From positions 1,944 through 65,943 of the forward strand of contig CAZYUB010000012.1 in the NCBI GenBank assembly GCA_964650515.1: a stretch of 64,000 nucleotides of DNA. Direction: 5' to 3'. This document shows positions 48,237-57,186 of this stretch, one piece after another. The DNA comes from an uncultured Planctomycetia bacterium. Lineage in GTDB: Bacteria > Omnitrophota > Gorgyraeia > Pluralincolimonadales > Pluralincolimonadaceae. Numbering within the stretch: the stretch's first letter is position 1; the number at the start of each line of letters is the position of its first letter. The translations under genes were made by a program, and so were the position numbers. The notes below the pieces were generated by a model, which did no database searches, had not been told where the DNA came from, and worked only from the letters and a program-made list of their open reading frames with translations.

Positions 48237-49033
48237 AAGACAGGCCGATAGGGGTTTTTGACTCGGGCGTCGGCGGGTTGACCGTCGTAAAACAGCTCAT
48301 GAAGGAGATGCCGAACGAGGATATCGTCTATTTCGGGGATACCGCGCGTGTCCCGTACGGGACGAAATCCGCGTCGACGATAAGGAAGTTCTCTATAGAG
48401 AACGTGCTTTTCCTGCTGAATTTCGACGTCAAGCTCGTAGTGATAGCGTGCAATACCTCGTCCGCGATAGGCCTGCCTTTCCTCGGGAAATATTTCAGTG
48501 TCCCGATAATCGGCGTCATCAAGCCGGGCGCGAAAGCCGCGGTGCGTTCGACGAAAAACGGCAGGATAGGCGTCATTGGCACAAGAGCTACGATAACCAG
48601 CGGGGCGTACGAGGATGAGGTCAGGTCGCTCAATCCTAAGGCCAGGGTATTCAGCAGGAGCTGCCCGTTATTCGTTCCGTTGGCCGAGGAAGGATGGGCG
48701 AATGACGGCATAGCAGCCGCTGCGGCGAAGAAATACCTTGCTGGGCTGAAGCAGACGGGCATAGATACTGCCATACTCGGATGCACTCACTACCCGCTGT
48801 TGAGGAAAGCGATAAGCGGCGCGCTCGGGAAGGGAGTAGAGCTTGTGGATTCTGCGGAAGAGACCGCCAAAGAGGCGAAGGACCTGCTCGAGGAATGCGG
48901 GATGAAGTACCGCGGGAAGAGGGCGGGCAGCGCGAAATTTTATGTAAGCGACGCGCCGGAGAAGTTCCTTGAGGTCGCGAGGAAGTTCCTCGGCAGGGAA
49001 GTCAAAAAAGCGGAACAGGTAAAAGATGTTTGA
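48233..49033 (+). CDS. murI: Glutamate racemase
   Basis: VFDSGVGGLTV and CNTSS/GCTHYP catalytic Cys motifs. Confidence 0.9.
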   Translation: MKDRPIGVFDSGVGGLTVVKQLMKEMPNEDIVYFGDTARVPYGTKSASTIRKFSIENVLFLLNFDVKLVVIACNTSSAIGLPFLGKYFSVPIIGVIKPGAKAAVRSTKNGRIGVIGTRATITSGAYEDEVRSLNPKARVFSRSCPLFVPLAEEGWANDGIAAAAAKKYLAGLKQTGIDTAILGCTHYPLLRKAISGALGKGVELVDSAEETAKEAKDLLEECGMKYRGKRAGSAKFYVSDAPEKFLEVARKFLGREVKKAEQVKDV

Positions 49034-49400
49034 GATATCGGTAAAATCGAGTTTCAGCGGCGCGCACCGGCTCAAGGGCTATAAGGGCAAGTGCGAATCC
49101 CTGCACGGGCATAACTGGGACGTCGAGGCGTTCGTCGGGACCAGGAAGCTCGACGCCGGCGGCCTTTCGATGGATTTCAAGGACCTGAAGAAGAAACTGA
49201 ACGAGGCGCTCGAAACTCTCGACCACCGCGACCTTAACGGGATCGCGTTCTTCAAGAGATCGAACCCTTCCGCGGAGAATATCGCGAAATACATATACGA
49301 TTACCTGAAGAAGGCGCTTAAGGGAAATCCGCGGAAAGTCACGCTCAGGAAGGTGAGCGTCTGGGAAACAAAAGATTCCCGCGCCACGTATTTTGAATGA
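49026..49400 (+). CDS. queD: 6-carboxy-5,6,7,8-tetrahydropterin synthase
   Basis: 124 aa with CESLHGHNW. Confidence 0.85.
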   Translation: MFEISVKSSFSGAHRLKGYKGKCESLHGHNWDVEAFVGTRKLDAGGLSMDFKDLKKKLNEALETLDHRDLNGIAFFKRSNPSAENIAKYIYDYLKKALKGNPRKVTLRKVSVWETKDSRATYFE

Positions 49401-50080
49401 AAAATCCCGCGCGAGGGAAAGGCAAAGCGGTCGTATTGCTCTCCGGAGGGCTTGATTCCGCGGTGACGCTGTATTACGCCGTGGGCAAAGGGTATAAATG
49501 CGAATGCCTGGTCTTTGATTACGGGCAGAGGCACAAAAAAGAAGTGTCTGCCGCGAAGAAGATAGCAGCGTCATGCGGCGCGCCGTCCAGTGTAGTGAGG
49601 TTCCGGATGCCCTGGAAAGGCAGCGCGCTGCTCGACAGGCACATCGCTGTCCCGAAGGGCAGGCATATCGGCGGTAGCATTCCCGCGACTTATGTCCCGT
49701 CGAGGAACACGATCTTCCTGAGCTTCGGCGCGTCGTTCGCCGAGGCGACAGGCGCTTCCGCCGTCTTCATAGGGGCGAATGCCGTGGATTACAGCGGTTA
49801 TCCCGATTGCAGGCCGCGGTATTTCAGGATATTCAATGAACTCGTAAAGGCCGGGACTAAGGCGGGTGTCGAAGGGAAGAAGATCGGGATAAAGGCCCCG
49901 CTCGTCGGGATGGGCAAGGCGGATATCGTAAAGCTCGGGATAAAGTTAGGTGTGCCGTTCCGGCACACATGGTCGTGTTATTCGGGCGGGAAGCGCCCGT
50001 GCAATAAATGCGATTCATGCGTTATAAGGGCGAAAGGATTCAAAGAGGCGAAGGCCGAGGACCCGTTGACAACCATATGA
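49397..50080 (+). CDS. queC: 7-cyano-7-deazaguanine synthase
   Basis: P-loop-like SGGLDS and C-terminal zinc Cys cluster CNKCDSC. Confidence 0.88.
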   Translation: MKNPARGKGKAVVLLSGGLDSAVTLYYAVGKGYKCECLVFDYGQRHKKEVSAAKKIAASCGAPSSVVRFRMPWKGSALLDRHIAVPKGRHIGGSIPATYVPSRNTIFLSFGASFAEATGASAVFIGANAVDYSGYPDCRPRYFRIFNELVKAGTKAGVEGKKIGIKAPLVGMGKADIVKLGIKLGVPFRHTWSCYSGGKRPCNKCDSCVIRAKGFKEAKAEDPLTTI

Positions 50081-50787
50081 AAGTAGTATTCAAGCAGCCT
50101 ACGGCAAAAGTAACGGAAGTGTTCCTGTCGGTCCAGGGCGAGGGGGTTTACGCCGGGGACCGGCAGATATTCGTGCGTTTCCACGGGTGCAATATGCGCT
50201 GCGCGTTCTGCGATACCCCGCAGCCGGACGCTCCCGAGGAATCCTCGATAAGGTCGGTGGTCGACAGGATCATCGATGCGGACGCGGACAGGCAGGTAAA
50301 AGTAATAACGATAACGGGAGGCGAGCCGCTGCTGCACTCGCATTTCCTCAGGTGCCTGCTGCCGCCGTTAAGGGATAAGGGATATAAGATACACCTCGAT
50401 ACGAACGGGACGATGCCCGACAAGCTAAACGACGTCATCGGTCTCGTCGATATTGTCGCGATGGACATAAAACTGCCTTCGTCGACGAAGGACAGGCATT
50501 TCTGGGAAGAGCATCTCGCGTTCCTGGAGGCGGCAAAAGCAAGAGGGGTTTTCGTAAAGATGGTAATAACGAACGAGACCCATGAACAGGATATAGATAA
50601 GGCGGTCGGGCTCATCGAGGGCGTGGACAACAGCATACCGCTCATACTGCAGCCGGCCTCGGAGTTTGGCGAATTCAGGGGCAAGCCCGACAATGCCAGG
50701 GTGATGGAATGGCAGAAGAGGGCGCAGGCAAAACTTAAGGACGTAAGGGTAATACCGCAGCTGCACAGGATAAAAGGCATAAGATGA
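50077..50787 (+). CDS. queE: 7-carboxy-7-deazaguanine synthase (radical SAM)
   Basis: CNMRCAFCDT cluster; ATGA overlap with queC. The track's longer start at 50008 is in-frame but upstream of the queC stop. Confidence 0.85.
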   Translation: MKVVFKQPTAKVTEVFLSVQGEGVYAGDRQIFVRFHGCNMRCAFCDTPQPDAPEESSIRSVVDRIIDADADRQVKVITITGGEPLLHSHFLRCLLPPLRDKGYKIHLDTNGTMPDKLNDVIGLVDIVAMDIKLPSSTKDRHFWEEHLAFLEAAKARGVFVKMVITNETHEQDIDKAVGLIEGVDNSIPLILQPASEFGEFRGKPDNARVMEWQKRAQAKLKDVRVIPQLHRIKGIR

Positions 50788-51626
50788 GGAAGATAAGCTC
50801 GGATAAGATAAGCTCCGCCGTTGCCGAACTCTCGATGGAGGCGAATTTCACGCTGCGCAAGGACATACTTGGCGCGCTGCGCAGGGCGTGGGCGTCCGAA
50901 AAGGCCGGGAAGGCAAAGAAGGTCCTCGGCATCCTTGTAGAGAACGCGGCTATCGCGCGGCGCTCGAAGACGGCCATATGCCAGGATACCGGGATGGCCG
51001 AGGTCTTCATCGATATCGGCCAGCGCGTTGCCGTCACCGGAGGCGGCCTTGAAGACGCCGTCAACGAAGGCATCCGGCGCGGATACAGGAAGGGCTACCT
51101 GCGCAAGTCCGTCGTATCGGACCCGCTGCTCAGGAAGAACACGAATGATAACACGCCCGCGGTCATCCACACGAGGATAGTCCCCGGAGACAAAATAAAG
51201 ATCACGGTCATGCCGAAAGGGTTTGGCAGCGAGAACAAGACGCGCATCAAGATGTTCAACCCGACCCAGGGCGCGCCCGATATAGCCGGGTTCGTGGTCG
51301 AAGCGGTCAGGAAGGCCGCCGCCGACGCGTGCCCGCCCTATATAATAGGCGTAGGGATAGGCGGCACGATAGACAAGGCATGCATACTCGCCAAGGAAGC
51401 GCTGCTGCGCCCGATAGGCAAGCGCAGCCGGAAAGCGCATATCGCGTCGCTCGAGAAAAGATTGAAGAAAGACCTGAACGCGTTAAGGATAGGCCCTATG
51501 GGTTTCGGCGGGGCCGCTACCTGCCTCGCGGTGAATATCGAGGCCTTCCCGACGCATATCGCAGGGCTGCCGGTCTGCGTAAGCATATCCTGCCACGCGA
51601 CGAGGAGCGCGACAAAGACGATATGA
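50784..51626 (+). CDS. Class I (Fe-S) fumarate/tartrate hydro-lyase, alpha (N-terminal-domain) subunit
   Basis: 280 aa with Cys ligands in CQDTG and the later Cys-containing blocks typical of FumA/TtdA N-terminal domains. Confidence 0.72.
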   Translation: MRKISSDKISSAVAELSMEANFTLRKDILGALRRAWASEKAGKAKKVLGILVENAAIARRSKTAICQDTGMAEVFIDIGQRVAVTGGGLEDAVNEGIRRGYRKGYLRKSVVSDPLLRKNTNDNTPAVIHTRIVPGDKIKITVMPKGFGSENKTRIKMFNPTQGAPDIAGFVVEAVRKAAADACPPYIIGVGIGGTIDKACILAKEALLRPIGKRSRKAHIASLEKRLKKDLNALRIGPMGFGGAATCLAVNIEAFPTHIAGLPVCVSISCHATRSATKTI

Positions 51627-52141
51627 TGCCGCGCGCTATCCATTTGCCGCTTTCAACGGAAACGATAAGGTCCCTTAAGGCGGGCGACGAGGTCCTGCTC
51701 AACGGTTATGTATATACCGCGCGCGACCAGGCGCATTTCAGGTTCGTTAAGGCGATCTCTGAGAAGAGGGCGCCGGCGATCATAAAGGGGCAAACAGTAT
51801 ATTACGCGGGGCCGACGCCGGCATGCCCGGGAAAAGTAATAGGCGCATGCGGCCCGACGACATCGGCCAGGATGGATTTTTTCACATCGCACCTGCTTGA
51901 GGCGGGGCTAAAGGGCATGATAGGAAAGGGCTCGCGCTCGGCGGATGTCAAACGGGCCATAAAAAAATATAAGGCGGTGTATTTCATAACGATAGCCGGC
52001 GCCGGCGCGTACCTGTCGGAGAAGATAACCGAAGCCAGGCCGGTCATGTACAAGGACCTCGGCGCGGAAGCTGTCTACCGGCTCAAGCTGAAGGATTTTC
52101 CCGCCATTGTCGGGATAGACCAAAACGGAAAGGAAATATAG
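51623..52141 (+). CDS. Class I fumarate/tartrate hydro-lyase, beta (C-terminal-domain) subunit
   Basis: 172 aa, MMPRAIHLPL...; ATGA overlap with the alpha subunit. The track's 51329 start is an in-frame extension overlapping the alpha gene. Confidence 0.72.
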   Translation: MMPRAIHLPLSTETIRSLKAGDEVLLNGYVYTARDQAHFRFVKAISEKRAPAIIKGQTVYYAGPTPACPGKVIGACGPTTSARMDFFTSHLLEAGLKGMIGKGSRSADVKRAIKKYKAVYFITIAGAGAYLSEKITEARPVMYKDLGAEAVYRLKLKDFPAIVGIDQNGKEI

Positions 52142-52864
52142 ATGATCAGGAGGACTGACGGCAGGGGAGCCGAGATATTGCGCAAGGTGAACGTAACGCG
52201 CGGTTACCTGAAATACGCGGAAGGGTCGTGCCTTATCGAGCTCGGCGACACGAAGGTCCTGTGCTCGGCGTCGGTCGATGAGGGAGTGCCGCAGTTCCTT
52301 AAGGGCAGGGGCACCGGATGGGTCACGTCCGAATACGGGATGCTTCCGCGCTCGTGCCAGCAGAGGGTCCAGAGGGAAGCGGTCAAGGGCACGATAGGCG
52401 GCAGGACGCACGAGATACAGAGGCTGGTCGGCCGTTCGCTGCGGGCCGTTACCGACCTTACCTCGCTCGGCGAGAGGACAGTATGGATAGATTGTGATGT
52501 CATACAGGCCGACGGCGGGACGCGCTGCGCGTCTATAACGGGCAGTTTTATCGCGCTTGCCGACGCGCTTTCATTCCTAAAGAAGAAAGGCGCCATAAGC
52601 AAGCTTCCGGTGCTCGATTACGTTGCCGCGACAAGCGTCGGGCTCATAAAAGGCGAACCCGTGCTAGACCTAGCATTCGACGAGGACTCGAAAGCAGACG
52701 TAGACATGAACATCGTGATGACCGGAAAGGGCAAGTTCATCGAGGTACAGGGCACGGCGGAAGGCGAGCCGTTCGACGGGGAGCAGCTGCATAAACTGCT
52801 TGAGTTGGCCAAGAAGGGCATCACGCAGCTGGTCGGCATCCAGAAAAACCTTTTGGGCATATAA
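52142..52864 (+). CDS. rph: Ribonuclease PH
   Basis: 240 aa, RTDGR..., typical RNase PH. Confidence 0.9.
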   Translation: MIRRTDGRGAEILRKVNVTRGYLKYAEGSCLIELGDTKVLCSASVDEGVPQFLKGRGTGWVTSEYGMLPRSCQQRVQREAVKGTIGGRTHEIQRLVGRSLRAVTDLTSLGERTVWIDCDVIQADGGTRCASITGSFIALADALSFLKKKGAISKLPVLDYVAATSVGLIKGEPVLDLAFDEDSKADVDMNIVMTGKGKFIEVQGTAEGEPFDGEQLHKLLELAKKGITQLVGIQKNLLGI

Positions 52865-53473
52865 GTGTTAGAGCTGGTCATATCATCCCGCAATAAAGAG
52901 AAGAAACGCGAGTTGAAGTCCCTGCTAATGGGCCTGAAAGTCCGCGTGCTCGACCTTAATGATCTTCCTTCGGCCCCCCGTGTAAAAGAGACGGGCAGGA
53001 CCTTCGAAGCGAACGCGAAGCAGAAAGCCCTGAAGATAGCCAGGTACACGAAGAAGCTTACCATTGCCGACGACTCCGGGCTCGCGGTCGACGCGCTGAA
53101 AGGCAAGCCCGGCGTGAGGTCCGCGAGGTTCGCGGGAGAAAAGGCGTCGTACGAGGACAATAATACCAGGCTGCTGCGCCTGCTTGAAGGCGTTCCTGCC
53201 GGAAAGAGGAACGCGAAGTTCGTCTCGGTAGTCGCTATCGCGGCCCCCCGGGGAATACTTGCGACGGTAAGGGGGGAGTGCGGGGGCAGGATAACATTCG
53301 AGCCGAAGGGCAGAAAAGGGTTCGGGTACGACCCGGTATTTTATTCCCCGAAGTTCGGCAAGACGTTCGCGCAGGTATCCGCATCGCAGAAGAATTCCGT
53401 AAGCCACCGCGGCAGGGCTCTTAAAAAAGCGCGCGCGGTCATTTCCCGTCTCCTCCGAAAAGGCCTTTCCTGA
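52865..53473 (+). CDS. rdgB: Non-canonical purine NTP pyrophosphatase (RdgB/HAM1)
   Basis: GTG start; SRNKEKKRE..., FGYDPVF motif. Confidence 0.85.
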   Translation: MLELVISSRNKEKKRELKSLLMGLKVRVLDLNDLPSAPRVKETGRTFEANAKQKALKIARYTKKLTIADDSGLAVDALKGKPGVRSARFAGEKASYEDNNTRLLRLLEGVPAGKRNAKFVSVVAIAAPRGILATVRGECGGRITFEPKGRKGFGYDPVFYSPKFGKTFAQVSASQKNSVSHRGRALKKARAVISRLLRKGLS

Positions 53474-56393
53474 TATTATCGAAGACCTTGTTATTCATGA
53501 TATTATTGAGCGGCGAGCCGACCTTGTACTTCGGGTCTTTCGTGGTGCCGTTGACTTTTATATCTCCGAGGTAATTCCCGTCCTTATCTATGAAGAAGTC
53601 CCTTATAGGCCCTAAGGACGAAGGCACATCGAGCAGTCCCTTGTCAAATTTTGCCGTGACCTGGAAATCGAGGTTCCCTTCGAAATCGACGTCCCCGATG
53701 CCCGTGAGCTTCATCTGCTCGGAACTCATCTCGATGTCCTCGGTATGAACGTTCTTATCGGCTATCATGAAGGAACCCTGGGCCTGGCCGAAGGCGATCT
53801 TGCTGACCCCCGGTATATAGAGGATGTTCGCGAGCCCGGAGAATACCGGCAGTTCCCAGAATTTCCCGTCAACGATCTGGAACCTGCCGTTGCCCTTCAG
53901 GGTGCCGATATCGTTCACGAAGCCGCCGATATCCGCGTTCGCCGAGAAACGCCCGCTTAATTTCTTGTCCTTCATGTCAGTGTCTTGTTTCCACCTGGAT
54001 ATATCCACGTCGCGCACGCCTATCTGGATGACATATTGGGGGTCTTTCTTATTAAAGTCAATGACCGCGTTCGCGGCCAATGTGCCGCCGTATGGTTCTG
54101 CGGAAAGGCGTGAGACGGTTATATACCTGTCCCTGAGCTTGCCTTCGATGCGGCACGAATTGAATTTCAGTTTCTTGACCTCTACCGACGGGGAATCCGC
54201 CACGAGGTCGGCCTGCCAGGAAGCGAAGTCCTTCTGTTTTCCCCTGAAGACGAACTTCGCCGTCATTTTTTCCGCGACGATCCCGTTCTTCTCGATGACC
54301 GCCGCCTGTTCCTTCGAAAGGAATTTCACAAGACCGCCGGCGCTCGTATTGAAACTGCCTCTTATGTCGACAGACGGGTCCTTAAGGTCGTTTATCGTGC
54401 CGGCCAGCAGCATATCTTCGTCATCCGACTTCGCGTTGAACCTGTCGAGCGTAATGCGCCAGGTATTTTGGTCTTTTGTCTTTCCGCTGAACTTGAATGC
54501 CGCGGTGACCGAGGTGTGCGGATCGAGCTTGTCGAGGAGTTCGCGGTTCTCCTTGGGGAAATATGAAGCCAATTCCGACATCCTGGTATTAAACGTCCCC
54601 CTGATATCCAGCGCCGGGTCCTTGAAATCGGAATAGGAGCCGGACAGGTTGAAGACACTGTCCCTGTATTTGCCGTCGAACTTGTTGAAGACAAGCGAAT
54701 CCTCAAGGGATTTGAAGACCGTCTTAAGCTTTAGCTCGTCGGACGAGACGGAGAGGTCGCAGGAGGGCGTCTTGAAGCCGGAGATATCGCCGCTCAACAG
54801 GTATTTCTTGTTGTCAAAGAAGCCCGATATGTTCCTTAACGCTATAGAGTCCTGCTTTATGGTCAAGGTGCCGTTTATGGACCCTATCGGCTTGTCGAGG
54901 AAATCGGGTTTAACGGAGCAATCGAGCAGTTCCGACGAAACGGTATAAGCGAGGGGTATCTTAGGCTGTTCCTTAAGCAGGCCGTTAACGTTCAGCGATA
55001 CCTTGCTTATTCCGCTGAGCGCGTAGCCCTTAAGCTTGTCCCCGTCCTCCGGCGGAAGCAGGTCCCCGAGTTTCGCGATATCGAGGTCGGTCTTCGCCGT
55101 AAGAGAGAGGTAGGGGTTCTTGTAATCTTTTATGCTGCCCGAGAAGACGCAGTCGAACCCTTTCGCGAGGCCTTTCAGCAGGTCCGTCCAGAGTTTCGTC
55201 TCGTCGAAATATATCTTCCCGTTTATCCTTTCTATTGAGCCGAAGGACGGGACGCCGGATATCTTCGTATCGCGCAGCAGCGTATCGGCGGTATATTTCA
55301 TCGGGACGGCCTTGTCCTTCAGGTCGAAGATGAACTTGCCGTTCGCGTCCACGGCGCCTTTGACCGCGAAGTCCTTCGAGACGAGGTCGAGCTTGCCCAT
55401 CTTGGCCGACGCCGTGACTACGCAAGGCATCTTAAGGTTTGACTTGTCCTTGAGGTCTACGGCCATCTTGCCGCTGAGGTCTATTCCTCCCTTTGCGGTA
55501 AAATCGTCGCGCTTAAGGTCGAGAGCGGTTACCGAGGCCATTGTCGCGACCGTTAAACTGTTCCCGTAGGAGAAAGCCGCGCTTATGTTGCCGCTTAGGT
55601 TGCCCGAAAGCGACTTGAACGGCATGCCGTCATAATAGGGGCTGAACTCCGCGAGCGGGATGTTTTTTAGTTTCAGGTTCAGCGTCGCGTTCTTGCTTGC
55701 CGGTATGAACTCGCCGTCCGCCGTCATCGAGTTCTTCTGCGGTATCCCGAGTTCCGTGCCAAGCCTATACCGCACCTTCAGCGGGTAGGAGAGCGACGCG
55801 GAGAAACCGATATCATTCAATTCCTTCCTGAAATCAGGTTCCGTGGCGAGGTCCTCGAAGACGCACTTTCCGCCCGTTATGGATACGCTGTTGACGAGGA
55901 CGTCCGGCCGACCGTCGGGTCTCATATCCTTCAGGAACAGCAATGACCCGAAATTCCATTCGTTCTTGTCGTCGACGGTGATGAATATGACCGGGGACTC
56001 CACCCTTACCGAGGAGACGACCAGTTTCTTCTCGCGCAGGAGGGGAAGATAGAGGATGTTCAAGTAGAGCTTCTTTACTTCGAGGAACCTGCGGTTGTAT
56101 TTAGGGTCGTCCGAGACCGTAAGGTCCCTGAGTATTATGCCGCGAAGCGGGTTATAGTATATGCTGCCGAGTGTTATCTCGCGGCCCGTCGCCTTGACGA
56201 GGTACTCGAGTATGAGCGACCTGCCCTTTGTGGGCATGACATACTCATTTACATACCAGAGCCCTATTGAGCCGGCTATTACCAGCAATATCGATACGAA
56301 TAGTATCTTCTGTAAGAAGGGGGCGCCCTTCGGCTTGGCCTGTTCCTGCATGCGATATATTCTATTAGAATAACGCCTGCATTGCAACCCCAT
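53439..56393 (-). CDS. AsmA-family (AsmA/TamB-like) large periplasmic protein with N-terminal membrane anchor
   Basis: 984 aa, N-terminal TM then a long beta-rich repetitive body; convergent 35-nt overlap with rdgB. Alternative start at the second Met (rc 56351). Confidence 0.75.
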   Translation of the reverse strand: MGLQCRRYSNRIYRMQEQAKPKGAPFLQKILFVSILLVIAGSIGLWYVNEYVMPTKGRSLILEYLVKATGREITLGSIYYNPLRGIILRDLTVSDDPKYNRRFLEVKKLYLNILYLPLLREKKLVVSSVRVESPVIFITVDDKNEWNFGSLLFLKDMRPDGRPDVLVNSVSITGGKCVFEDLATEPDFRKELNDIGFSASLSYPLKVRYRLGTELGIPQKNSMTADGEFIPASKNATLNLKLKNIPLAEFSPYYDGMPFKSLSGNLSGNISAAFSYGNSLTVATMASVTALDLKRDDFTAKGGIDLSGKMAVDLKDKSNLKMPCVVTASAKMGKLDLVSKDFAVKGAVDANGKFIFDLKDKAVPMKYTADTLLRDTKISGVPSFGSIERINGKIYFDETKLWTDLLKGLAKGFDCVFSGSIKDYKNPYLSLTAKTDLDIAKLGDLLPPEDGDKLKGYALSGISKVSLNVNGLLKEQPKIPLAYTVSSELLDCSVKPDFLDKPIGSINGTLTIKQDSIALRNISGFFDNKKYLLSGDISGFKTPSCDLSVSSDELKLKTVFKSLEDSLVFNKFDGKYRDSVFNLSGSYSDFKDPALDIRGTFNTRMSELASYFPKENRELLDKLDPHTSVTAAFKFSGKTKDQNTWRITLDRFNAKSDDEDMLLAGTINDLKDPSVDIRGSFNTSAGGLVKFLSKEQAAVIEKNGIVAEKMTAKFVFRGKQKDFASWQADLVADSPSVEVKKLKFNSCRIEGKLRDRYITVSRLSAEPYGGTLAANAVIDFNKKDPQYVIQIGVRDVDISRWKQDTDMKDKKLSGRFSANADIGGFVNDIGTLKGNGRFQIVDGKFWELPVFSGLANILYIPGVSKIAFGQAQGSFMIADKNVHTEDIEMSSEQMKLTGIGDVDFEGNLDFQVTAKFDKGLLDVPSSLGPIRDFFIDKDGNYLGDIKVNGTTKDPKYKVGSPLNNIMNNKVFDNIRKGLFGGDGK

Positions 56394-56401
56394 AAAAGCG
56401 T

Positions 56402-56430
56402 TTGACTTTGCGGGGGTGAATTGGTAGAAT
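56402..56430 (+). promoter_or_regulatory. Sigma70-like promoter TTGACT-N17-TAGAAT upstream of the tRNA cluster
   Basis: Near-consensus hexamers with 17-nt spacing. Confidence 0.45.
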
Positions 56431-56449
56431 TTACCTGCGGAACCGTGTT

Positions 56450-56478
56450 CGCTCCCCGACGATTGGGAGCGATTTTTT
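56450..56478 (+). terminator. Hairpin CGCTCCC-N8-GGGAGCG followed by ATTTTTT; terminator-like element between the putative promoter and tRNA-Pro
   Basis: 7-bp GC-rich stem plus a T-run on the plus strand only. Confidence 0.35.
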
Positions 56479-56516
56479 AATCCTGGAGCGCTGGATCATA
56501 CAGGCACAAATATATC

Positions 56517-56594
56517 CGGGGCGTAGCGCAGTTTGGCTAGCGCGTCTGCTTTGGGAGCAGAAGGTCCTCGGTTCAAGTCCGAGCGCCCCGACCA
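56517..56594 (+). tRNA. tRNA-Pro (anticodon TGG)
   Basis: Acceptor CGGGGCG/CGCCCCG, anticodon loop TTTGGGA, T-loop TTCAAGT, ACCA 3' end. Confidence 0.85.
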
Positions 56595-56625
56595 TAAATT
56601 CCCGCTATCGGTGTTTATGAATTAT

Positions 56626-56702
56626 GCGCCTGTAGCTCAGTTGGATAGAGCAGCTGCCTTCTAAGCAGCGGGCCGGGCGTTCGAGTCGCCCCAGGCGCGC
56701 CA
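56626..56702 (+). tRNA. tRNA-Arg (anticodon TCT)
   Basis: Acceptor GCGCCTG/CAGGCGC, anticodon loop CTTCTAA, T-loop TTCGAGT, GCCA 3' end. Confidence 0.85.
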
Positions 56703-56821
56703 TAAATTCCCCTATACAGGGGTAGCGAATTTAGTCCGAGCTCAGCTGAGCGGAATATCGTAGAGATTCCGCCAGCGTATTGAGCGAGGAAAAAGTAGTT
56801 GTTATAGGTATAGATTTCAAC

Positions 56822-56899
56822 GGTGGGTGTAGCTCAGCTGGTTAGAGCACGGGACTGTGGCTCCCGTTGTCGCGGGTTCGATCCCCGTCACCCACCCCA
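56822..56899 (+). tRNA. tRNA-His (anticodon GTG) with G-1
   Basis: Extra 5' G pairing with discriminator C; acceptor GTGGGTG/CACCCAC; anticodon loop CTGTGGC. Confidence 0.85.
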
Positions 56900-56924
56900 G
56901 TAATTCCGTTCTCTCTGGATAATG

Positions 56925-56960
56925 GGAGAATTCAAAGCCTATGATCGGTATCTCTGGTCA
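56925..56960 (+). terminator. Rho-independent terminator after the tRNA cluster
   Basis: AAGCCTATGA-N13-TCATAGGCTT followed by TTT. Confidence 0.7.
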
Positions 56961-57186
56961 TAGGCTTTTTATCTGTCGCTGTGTCAAAGACTTAGAGTAT
57001 TGCAGTAATTGGCACAGTTATGCGTCATTCTCATCGGATATCTGTAAAGAATCCCTCCCTGTTTTGCGCCAATAAATCGCCAAAATCGGCCGATTCCTCT
57101 CTTAGTTTATAGTCGATAGTTTATGGCCTGATTCAGCCATTATTTTGTTATAATATGGCTATAAACTAAGAAGAGAGGAATAACGC

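Noticed and set aside
51329-51622. Upstream extension of the fumarate hydratase beta-subunit ORF
   Set aside because: It overlaps the alpha-subunit gene in another frame, and the Arg-rich product is unlike hydro-lyase sequences; the ATG at 51623 gives the expected ~170-aa beta domain.
56900-57186. Integrase or attachment-site repeat next to tRNA-His
   Set aside because: No ORF with integrase features and no direct repeat of the tRNA-His 3' end was found within the window; the island call rests on composition and gene content only.
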